From Candidatus Latescibacterota bacterium (GTDB taxonomy: Bacteria; Latescibacterota; UBA2968; GCA-2709665): 64,000 nucleotides of DNA. A program made the position numbers and the translations under genes. Positions 31,006-40,200 of this stretch are shown in pieces (the stretch's first letter is position 1; each line of letters starts with the position of its first letter). Under the pieces are notes generated by a model. It was not told where the DNA came from, did not search any database, and saw nothing but the letters and a program-made list of their open reading frames with translations. The DNA is taken from assembly GCA_965219455.1 (NCBI GenBank), contig OZ244744.1, forward strand, positions 4,736,001-4,800,000. Direction: 5' to 3'.

Positions 31006-32553
31006 TCAGGCCTGTACGACCTCGAAAGCGGTAATATTGCGGGTGTTTTTACTGAACTCCACGGCTATCAGGTGGATTGGCTGGTTCAGGCTTCTATATT
31101 TGTCCGCGTATCCCTTTTCTTTTAATTGCGCCATCGCCGCCCCTTCTGATGCCATTTCAACCACTTTGAACTCGAACAGATAGACGTTGGCGTTGAAATG
31201 AACGGCCATGTCCAGACGCCCATGGCTGCTGCTGTCCTCCAGGGTGACGTCAAGCCCCAGTCCCGCGAAATAAGAGTAGAATACGCTGGCGTAGTAGCCC
31301 TCAAAATTGGCGATATCGTTGTTGGTGTACCATTCGTATGGGATGCTGGCAAAGAAGGCGTGGAAAAGGATTTCGAGGCCGGCGAAGTTTTTGGCTTCCA
31401 GCAGGCGATACAGATGCACGGTGTTCGCCATAAGACGCGTCGAGTCCTTCACCAGGTAGCGCAGCAGGCTCTCGTTGAGGCTCTGGCGCACTTCCCGATT
31501 GGGATAGCTCAGGCGATAGAGAAACTTGCCACCGAGGTTCTCGCCCTCTGTTATCGTGAGGTATCCGGTCTGGAATAAGAGTGCCTCAGTCGCTATGTGG
31601 TCAACGTCGAAGGCGGACAACAACTCGTCGCTGCCGATCATGTTATTGAGTTCAAGTGAACTGACGTGGCGTTTGAACAGGGTTTCGATGAGGAACGTGG
31701 GGGTGCCGGTCTCGAACCAGTAGGCGCCGAAGGTGCGCTTGTCGAAGAGCAGGAGGATGTCGAAAGGGTTGTACACCTTTTCGTCGCCCAGCCAACTATA
31801 GCCATTATACCAGCCGCGGATCTCGTCTCGATCCAGGCCGGGCAGTTCCGGCGCGAATACGGTGTCGAGGTCCGTCTCGGTGTAGCCACAGATAGCAGAG
31901 TAGCGCGGGTCAATGGTGATGTCGGTGAGGTTGTTGAGGCCGGAGAAGAGGCGAACTTTGGAAAATTTGCTGACGCCCGTTAGAAAGGCAAATTGGACGT
32001 GCGCGTCGCAGTCTTTGATGGTGGCGTACAGGCCGCGCAAATAGTCGCGGTTAGCGCGGGCAATCTCCGGGACTTCAAGCGCGTCCAGGATCGGTTTGTC
32101 GTATTCGTCAATGAGAACCGCCACGCGCCGTCCGGCTTGCACGTGAAGGATTTCCAATAGAGACGCAAAGCGTCCGGGAGCCGTTGCGTACTCGGAAACG
32201 ATCCCCGCTCGACGTTCAATGGCGGCGAGTTGTTCCATGAGGTTTGCCTGCAAGTAGCCCGGCTCACTGAAGTTGCCGCTGCCAAAACTGAGGCGCAGCA
32301 CGGGATGGGGCGCTTGCCAATCCCAGTGGTCATAGATGTCTAATCCCTCAAATAGCGTCTCGTTTCCTTCAAACAGTTCCTTCAAGGTGTCCAGAAACAG
32401 GCTCTTGCCAAAGCGACGCGGCCGCGACAGGAAGTAGTGCGTACCCTCGTTGAGCAGTTCCCGGATATAGGCCGTCTTATCGACGTAGTAGTAGTTCTGC
32501 TCCCGAATCTTGCGGAAGGTCTGAATGCCGATGGGCAGTCTGCGTTTGAGCAT
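31006..32553 (-). CDS. AAA-ATPase-like protein with C-terminal PD-(D/E)XK nuclease domain
   Basis: 'LPIGIQTF', 'YYVDKT', 'RPRRFGKS', 'LIDEYDKP', 'GRLDM....YLFEFK'. Confidence 0.92.
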   Translation of the reverse strand: MLKRRLPIGIQTFRKIREQNYYYVDKTAYIRELLNEGTHYFLSRPRRFGKSLFLDTLKELFEGNETLFEGLDIYDHWDWQAPHPVLRLSFGSGNFSEPGYLQANLMEQLAAIERRAGIVSEYATAPGRFASLLEILHVQAGRRVAVLIDEYDKPILDALEVPEIARANRDYLRGLYATIKDCDAHVQFAFLTGVSKFSKVRLFSGLNNLTDITIDPRYSAICGYTETDLDTVFAPELPGLDRDEIRGWYNGYSWLGDEKVYNPFDILLLFDKRTFGAYWFETGTPTFLIETLFKRHVSSLELNNMIGSDELLSAFDVDHIATEALLFQTGYLTITEGENLGGKFLYRLSYPNREVRQSLNESLLRYLVKDSTRLMANTVHLYRLLEAKNFAGLEILFHAFFASIPYEWYTNNDIANFEGYYASVFYSYFAGLGLDVTLEDSSSHGRLDMAVHFNANVYLFEFKVVEMASEGAAMAQLKEKGYADKYRSLNQPIHLIAVEFSKNTRNITAFEVVQA

Positions 32554-32857
32554 GCTTCCTCCCGGGGGCGATCTCCTCAAGGTCCACCACGAGACTGGAT
32601 CCGCCAATGTTCCGAAGATTATTCGCTCTTCTGTAATAAAATTACTTGAAATCGGATGAACTCCTTAGCGCAAGATACGCAATGCCCGGCCCGATCGCAA
32701 ACCACACCTGATAAAGGCAAGACGTTTGAGAATGCAAGCGGTACTGTTCATTTTTTCGTTGTCGCCGTCCACGCAGCCAGGCTGCCATTCCTCGGCCCGG
32801 GGGTTTCTGACGATAACCCTTCTACACCCTCGATGTCACTCGCGCCTGGCCTGAGAT

Positions 32858-33225
32858 CCGCGACGGCGCATCCGTCTGGAGACAGGATCAAGGAGACCCT
32901 TCGCAGGCGACAGGGTGAAATGCATGCGAAAATCTGCCCGGATTGTATATAAAATCAGAAAAAATAGACAAATGCGTAAAATATTAATGATTGGATTAAG
33001 ATGTGTTAATAGTTATATTTTAAATTCTGCGTTTCGCGTGCCGGACGACAGGGCATTGTGATTCGTTGGTGAAGGGCTGACCAGCCAAATAACAAGACCG
33101 TGGGTTGCCTGACCTGCCAGAGTCGAAAACCGACGGTCCTCCAGGAAGGCGCACACCCTTTCTGTTCCTGGCGCTGTTGTTCCATGAGACAGGATGTGGC
33201 CCTCGTTCTGGAATATAGAGTTCCC
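32858..33225 (+). promoter_or_regulatory. Conserved 368-bp upstream leader, copy 2
   Basis: Matches 23594-23961. Confidence 0.8.
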
Positions 33226-36200
33226 ATGATGTCATTTCAAAAGCAGCGACGGGGAATCGAGCGTCTTGAAACCCGAAGACGAACGAAATTTCCCGAGACC
33301 AGGTTTTTTCGGCTCACAGTCGGCGCCGCCGGCCTGATGTGCATGGCGCTGTTCATTTCCCCGTGGTCGTCGTCGACGCAGCCGTCCGGCTTTTCGCTCG
33401 CGCTGGACCTGGACGATGCCGGTGGCGACCAGGCGGTATCCTCGCTCGATGTCTCTCCCGAACAGGTTTTTCCTATACAGATTTTCGCGATGGATATTCA
33501 GAATGCCGCGGGCATATCCATGCGCTTCGGATACGATGGGACCCAGGTTACGTACGAGGGATTCGATCCCGGCGAGGCCCTGCCGAGCGCCCATGCCATC
33601 GTACAGCAGGATTCCACTTTCATCGGCATCGGCTTATCGTCGTTGAGCGGATCGGCAACGGTGAACACCGGCCTTGTCGGCACGGTGCGTCTTCGCACCA
33701 GCGCCGCCTTTTCGGACACGGAGGTGTGGCTGGTGCACGCCGAGCTTGCCCGGGACGGAGAGACCGAGGCAATATCGCCCGCCCTCGGCGTCGCGCTGCA
33801 GGTCACGGCACTCCCTTCGCCCGACTTCGACGGCAATGGGCAGGTGGGGTTCTCGGACTTCGTGGCCTTTGCCGGCGCCTTCGGGGCGCGCCTTGGCGAC
33901 GGGAAATACGTGGCGGCGTACGATCTGAACAACGACGGCGGTATCGGCTTCGACGACTTTGTAATCTTCGCCTTGAGTTTCGGCGAAGCTGCCAACCGGG
34001 CGCCCGCGTTCGCCGCCTCGCCTCCGGTGACGCGCTCTCTGGCGGAGAACACCCCGGCGGGCCGGCCCATCGGCGATCCCGTCATCGCCGCGGATGCCGA
34101 TGGCGACGCCATCACGTATGGCCTGCGCGGGATGCACGCGGACCGCTTTTCCATTGGCGCGGGCACAGGGCAGTTGCTGACAAAGGAAGGAATTGCCTAC
34201 GACCACGAGGCCAGGGACAGGTATTCCGTGACCGTGCGCGCCAGTGACGGGCAGGGTGGCCGCGCCACCGTTGTGGTGGGCATCGCCGTGACCGACGTGG
34301 ACGAGCCGCCCGGCGCGCCGCCAGAGGGGGTGGCGGTGGCGCCTCGCGACACGGCATTGACGGTGACCTGGACAGCGGCGCCCGACGAGGCGGGCAAGCC
34401 TCCCGTGAGCGGGTACGAGGCGGCGCATCGGGCGGCAGACGCCGAGGCATGGCAGGAGGGGCTGTTGGTGGAGAGCCGCACGGATACCGGCGTCACGATA
34501 GGCGGTCTGACCAACGAACAGCCGTATCAGGTACGCGTGCGCACGTTGAACGACGAGGGCGCCAGTGAGTGGTCGATGACCGCATCTGGCGCGCCCACCG
34601 GGGGTCCGGAGGTGGTGGGTGTCATCCCCGACCAGAACCTGATCGTGGGCGGGTCCGCTGTCGGTGTAAACGTGGCAAACGCGTTTACCCGACCCGCGCA
34701 GGGGACGCTGAGCTATGCGGCGGCATCGTCTAATGACGCTGTTGCGACGGTGAGCGTGTCGGATTCCATCGCGACGGTGCGCCCCGTGGCCGTGGGGCGC
34801 GCGACCGTCACCGCGACGGCCAGCGACCTGTGGGGCAACGGCGCGCGGACCACCTTCGACGTTGTCGTGACGACAGCGCCGCCACCACCCCCGCCGCCAC
34901 CACCCCCGCCCCCTCCTCCTCCGCGACGGCCTCCTCCTCCACGACCGCCGCCACCGCCGCCCCCGCCGGGTCCCAATCAGGCCCCGACCTTCGACGAGGG
35001 CCCGAGCGCCACCCGCAGCGTAGCTGAAAACACGGCGGCAGGTCAAAACATCCAGCATCCGGTCCGCGCCACCGATGCCGACGGTCACCGCCTGACCTAT
35101 AGCCTCAGCGGAACTGATGCCAATTCATTCACCATCGACACCAACGACGGTCAGCTTCGCACCCGGGCGGGGGCGACCTACGACTACGAGGTCAAGAATC
35201 GTTATTCGGTAACCGTGGAAGCCGACGACCGCAACGGCGGCACGGCCACGATTGGCGTCGCCATCCACGTGGCCGACGTCGAGGAACCGCCAGGGAGGCC
35301 GTCTGCCCCGAGGGTTGAGGCCGCTTCTTCAACCAGCCTGACCGTGACTTGGACCGAGCCGGCCAACACCGGCCCCGATGTCTACGACTACGACGTGCAG
35401 TACCGCAAGAGCGGCAGCTTCCTCCCCTGGCCGCACGACGGCCCCGGTACCACTACCACGATCCCGGACCTGGAGGTCAACACCCGTTACGAGGTGCAGG
35501 TGCGGGCGCACAACGACGAAGGCACGGGCGAGTGGTCATCCTCAGGCCGCGGCGCCACCAGTGCCAACCAACCGCCGGTGTTCGACGAGGGAGGCACCGC
35601 CACGCGTACCCTTGCCGAGAACACGCCCGGTGGCCACGACATCGGCAACCCGGTAAGAGCGACCGATCCCGAGGGCCGCGCGGTGACTTACAGCCTCTCC
35701 GGACGGGACGCAAGCGCGTTCACCCTCGACGAAGACAACGGTCAGCTGCGCACACGGAACGGCGTGGATTACAACTACGAGGTGAAAAATCGGTATGCGG
35801 TGACGGTGGAAGCAGCCGACGAGCAGGGGGGCCGCGCCACCATCACCGTGACGATCGACTTGGTCGATGACGACAACGAGCGGCCGGAAAGACCCGACCG
35901 ACCAACAGTAACGGCCTCGACGCTGACGAGTCTGACCATACGGTGGACAGAGCCAGCCAACCCTGGCCCGCCCATCACCGATTACAATGTGCAATACCGC
36001 GAAGGCAGCAGCGGCGCCTTCACTGCCGTGGCACACGATGGCACGGGCAGGACGACGACGATTGCGAACCTGAAGTCGGACACCCCGTATCAGATTCAGG
36101 TACAGGCGACCAGTGACGAGGGCACGAGCGAGTGGTCGCCATCGGGTAACGGGCGGACCGTCGCCAACCAGGCCCCCACGTTCAACGAGGGCGCGAGCAC

Positions 36201-37176
36201 CACGCGCAGGTTGGCAGAGAACACCACCGGGACCCACGACGTCGGCAACCCGGTAAGCGCGACCGATAGCGACGGAGGGACGCTGAGCTATAGCCTGGAA
36301 GGCACCGACGGGGCCTCCTTCACAATCGACGGCGACCAGCTTCAGACCCGGGCGAGCGTGACCTACGACTACGAGGAAAAAGCCAGCTACAAGGCGACCG
36401 TGCGCGCAGAGGACGGTCAGGGCGGCAGCAATACCATCGAGGTGGCGATCAACCTGATAGACCAACAGGAGCCGCCCGAGGCCCCGTCAGCACCCAGCGT
36501 CTCAGCGGCCTCATCAACCAGCCTGACCGTGACCTGGGATGAGCCGGCCAACACCGGTCCCGACATCGGCGACTACGATGTGCAATACCGAGAAGGGGAC
36601 AGCGGAAACTTTACCTCCTGGACACACAACAGCGCGGAACGCACCGCGACCATCACCGGTCGGAGCCCGGGCACGAGCTATGAGGTGCAGGTGCGAGCGC
36701 GCAACGACGAAGGCACGAGCGCCTGGTCCCCGTCGGGCACGGGAAGCACCGGCGCCAACCAGCCCCCGGTCTTCAACGAAGGATCGAGCGCCATCCGCCG
36801 CCTCGACGAGAACACCACGGGCGTGCAGGACGTCGGCGATCCGATAAGCGCCACCGACCCGGAGAACACCCCCCTGACCTACGGCCTCGAAGGCACGGAC
36901 AAAGATGCCTTCACCATTGACACGGGTAGTGGTCAACTTCGGACCAAATTGGATCAGACCTACGATTACGAGACGAAGCCCCGCTATGTCCTGAGTGTCA
37001 AAGCAACCGACGGGCACGGCCGCGATCGCACCATCCTCGTGTTGATAAACCTGAACGACGTCAACGAGCCGCCGGCGTTCACCAGCGACGCGGCTTTCGA
37101 GACGGTAGAAAATGCCACGACGGTCGGCGCAGCGGTCGCCCGTGATGAGGATAGTGCCGACAGCATCATCGGCTAA
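33226..37176 (+). CDS. Modular surface protein 2, N-terminal part (signal, cohesin-like, dockerin-like, cadherin/FN3 repeats)
   Basis: Same architecture as protein 1; ends at the same in-frame TAA. Confidence 0.85.
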   Translation: MMSFQKQRRGIERLETRRRTKFPETRFFRLTVGAAGLMCMALFISPWSSSTQPSGFSLALDLDDAGGDQAVSSLDVSPEQVFPIQIFAMDIQNAAGISMRFGYDGTQVTYEGFDPGEALPSAHAIVQQDSTFIGIGLSSLSGSATVNTGLVGTVRLRTSAAFSDTEVWLVHAELARDGETEAISPALGVALQVTALPSPDFDGNGQVGFSDFVAFAGAFGARLGDGKYVAAYDLNNDGGIGFDDFVIFALSFGEAANRAPAFAASPPVTRSLAENTPAGRPIGDPVIAADADGDAITYGLRGMHADRFSIGAGTGQLLTKEGIAYDHEARDRYSVTVRASDGQGGRATVVVGIAVTDVDEPPGAPPEGVAVAPRDTALTVTWTAAPDEAGKPPVSGYEAAHRAADAEAWQEGLLVESRTDTGVTIGGLTNEQPYQVRVRTLNDEGASEWSMTASGAPTGGPEVVGVIPDQNLIVGGSAVGVNVANAFTRPAQGTLSYAAASSNDAVATVSVSDSIATVRPVAVGRATVTATASDLWGNGARTTFDVVVTTAPPPPPPPPPPPPPPPRRPPPPRPPPPPPPPGPNQAPTFDEGPSATRSVAENTAAGQNIQHPVRATDADGHRLTYSLSGTDANSFTIDTNDGQLRTRAGATYDYEVKNRYSVTVEADDRNGGTATIGVAIHVADVEEPPGRPSAPRVEAASSTSLTVTWTEPANTGPDVYDYDVQYRKSGSFLPWPHDGPGTTTTIPDLEVNTRYEVQVRAHNDEGTGEWSSSGRGATSANQPPVFDEGGTATRTLAENTPGGHDIGNPVRATDPEGRAVTYSLSGRDASAFTLDEDNGQLRTRNGVDYNYEVKNRYAVTVEAADEQGGRATITVTIDLVDDDNERPERPDRPTVTASTLTSLTIRWTEPANPGPPITDYNVQYREGSSGAFTAVAHDGTGRTTTIANLKSDTPYQIQVQATSDEGTSEWSPSGNGRTVANQAPTFNEGASTTRRLAENTTGTHDVGNPVSATDSDGGTLSYSLEGTDGASFTIDGDQLQTRASVTYDYEEKASYKATVRAEDGQGGSNTIEVAINLIDQQEPPEAPSAPSVSAASSTSLTVTWDEPANTGPDIGDYDVQYREGDSGNFTSWTHNSAERTATITGRSPGTSYEVQVRARNDEGTSAWSPSGTGSTGANQPPVFNEGSSAIRRLDENTTGVQDVGDPISATDPENTPLTYGLEGTDKDAFTIDTGSGQLRTKLDQTYDYETKPRYVLSVKATDGHGRDRTILVLINLNDVNEPPAFTSDAAFETVENATTVGAAVARDEDSADSIIG

Positions 37177-37230
37177 ACCCTCACCGGAGGCACCGACCGC
37201 GACCGGTTCGAGATCGACAGCGCAGGCGCG

Positions 37231-40200
37231 TTGACCTTCAAAGATGCTCCCAACTTCGAGGATCCCGCGGACAATGGCAGAAATAACTCATACATCGTGG
37301 TGGTCACAGCGACCGGCGGCGCGGGAGGCCGCGCCCTGACCGTAGCGCAGACGATCACCGTCACCGTCACCGACGTGAACGAACCGCCGGTCTTCACCAG
37401 TGACAATTCCCTGCAGGTCAAGGAAAACGAACGCTTCGTCGGCAGAGTGGCCGCCGAGGACGTCGATAGCGACGACCACGTCACCGGCTACGAGGTCACC
37501 GGCAGGGTCGACCGGAACCGATTCGAGATCACCAACACCAACGAGCTGCACTTAAAGGAGGACCCCGACTTCGAGCGTCCGGCGGACGTCGGGAGCAACA
37601 ACCAGTACATCGTCGCGGTCACAGCGACCGGCGGCACGGGGACGAGGGAGCGACGGACGGAACAGAGGATATTCGTTATCGTGGAGGATGTGCTCGAACC
37701 CCCGGGCAAGCCCGATCCACCCACCGTGTCGGACGAGATGGAAAACAATCTGACCGTGACCTGGACCGAGCCGGCCAACACCGGTCCCGACATCGCGAAC
37801 TACCACGTCCAGTACCGCATAGGCAGCAGCGGTGCGTTCACCGATTGGCCGGACACCGGCCCGTCCCGGACCCGCACGATCACCGGCCTGCGCTCGGGCA
37901 GGACCTACCAGATCCAGGTACAGGCGGAGAACGACGAAGGGAAGGGCGCGTTGTCCAATTCGGTCAATGGGGCCACGCTCACCGCGCCGACGGTATCGAG
38001 CGTCGCGTTCACCTCGACGCCGGCCTCCGGGCAGAACAACACCTATAAATTGAACGACGTGATCGACGTCACCGTGACCTTCAACGAGGCGGTAACCGTC
38101 ACCGGCACACCGCAGATCGACCTGACCATCGGCTCCACCGTGCGCCAGGCCGACTATGAGAGCGGCTCGACCACGACCCAACTCTTCTTCCAATACACCG
38201 TGCAGGCTGACGACGAGGACGTCGACGGAGCGACCATCAACGCCAACAGCCTCAAGCTCAACGGCGGGGGCATCCGCAAGAACAACTCCACCATAAACGC
38301 GGACCTCGCGCACGGCGCGCAGACCAATCAATCCGGCCACAAGGTCGATGGCGTTGCCCCGGCACTCACCGAAGCAGAGGTGAAGGGCGACGAGTTGATG
38401 CTGGCCTACGAAGAGGTGCTCGACAGCAGTTCCCAACCGGCGACCGGCGATTTCGCGGTAGCGGTAGATAGCGAGGCACGGAGCGTCTCCGCGGTTGCGA
38501 TGAGCAGCAGTGAGGTGAAGCTCACCCTCGCCTCGGCCGTAACATCGGGCCAGGTGGTAACGCTGACCTACACGCCCGGGACCAACCCGATCCGCGACCG
38601 GGCGCAAAACCCGGCTATCGCCCTCACGAATCTGACAGTGGCGAACCAGACCCAGGACCCGACCATCAATATCTGCAACCGCACCGCGCAGGTGCGCGAC
38701 GCGATCGTCGCGGCTGCGCCGGTAAACACCTGCGGTGCTGTAACGGCGGACCATCTATCCGCGATTACCGTCCTCGACCTGGATAGCAAGGGCATATCGA
38801 CGCTGAAAGCCGGGGATTTTTCCGGGCTGACGGCACTGGAATCTCTCGACCTGTCTTGGAACAGACTCAACAGCCTGCCGCAGAATATCTTTTCCAACCT
38901 GTCGGCACTGGAAAAACTCAAACTGTATGGCAACCAACTCAGCAGCCTGAATGATGCGGATATCTTTTCCAGCCTGTCGGCATTGAAAAGTCTCGACCTG
39001 AGAGCGAACGGTCTTAGCAGCCTGGACGCGAATATCTTCTCCAGCCTGTCGGCTCTGGAAGTACTCTATCTGGGAGATGGCAACAACCTCAGCAGTCTGG
39101 ACGCGGATATTTTTTCCAACCTGTCCGCACTGGAAGAGCTCTACCTGAACGACAACGACCTCACCAGTCTGGATGCGAATATCTTCTCCAACCTGTCGGC
39201 ACTGAAAACACTCTGGCTGAATAGAAACGACCTCAGCAGTCTGGATGCGGATATCTTTTCCAGCCTGTCGGCACTGAAAACACTCTGGCTGAATAGAAAC
39301 GATCTCAGCACCGTGGCTTCAGGTGCGTTTTCGGGTCTGTCAGCACTGGAAACGCTTCGCCTGGACTACAACGACCTCAGCAGTCTGGATGCGAATATGT
39401 TTTCCGACCTGTCCGCACTGGAAGCTCTCTGGCTGCAGGAGAACGACCTGAGCACCGTGGCTTCGGGTGCGTTTTCGGGTCTGTCAGCACTGGAAACGCT
39501 CTATCTGGACGGAAACGATCTGCAACCAACCTCCCTGCCGGCGGGCGTATTTTCCAGTTTGACGGCACTGGAAACGCTTCGCCTGGACGACAACCAGCTC
39601 AGCAGTCTGCCGGCCGATTTCTTTTCCGGGCTGTCATCACTTCAAGAACTCTTTCTCAGCGGTCAACAATCCGGTCACAAACTCGGCAGTCTGGACGCGA
39701 ACACATTTTCCGGTCTCGCCGCGCTGACAAGGCTCCACCTGAACGACAACAACCTCAGCAGTCTGCCCGATGGCGTTTTTTCCGGACTGACCGTGCTTGA
39801 AGTGCTCATACTGGCGGGCAATACAGTCAATCCCCTGCCCATTACTGTTTCGCTGGAATCGCTTGCCAGCGGTCTATTCAGGGCCAGAGCGCACACCGGC
39901 GCGCCTTTTGCAATGACCCTCCCGCTCCAGGTGGTCAATGGCACGATCGGCAGTGGCGCCAGTAGCATCGAAATTCCCCAGGGCAGCATACAAAGCGCCA
40001 TCCTCACGGTTTCCCGCACCGCCGGCGCCACCGCTGCGGTCACCGTTGACATCGGCACATTGCCGGACTTGCCTTCGTACGACAACGGCTACGCGCTCGT
40101 CAAATCCACCGACCTGCCGCTGGAAGTGATAGAAGGGCTACCGGGTGTGACAGTATATCCGACGGTGTTGACCATACCGGAGGGCAATAGCGACACGTAC

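Noticed and set aside
24234-38754. Long antisense ORFs (e.g. 24234..25823, 33634..35088, 37552..38754)
   Set aside because: Shadows of GC-rich coding sequence on the opposite strand, with no recognisable motifs.
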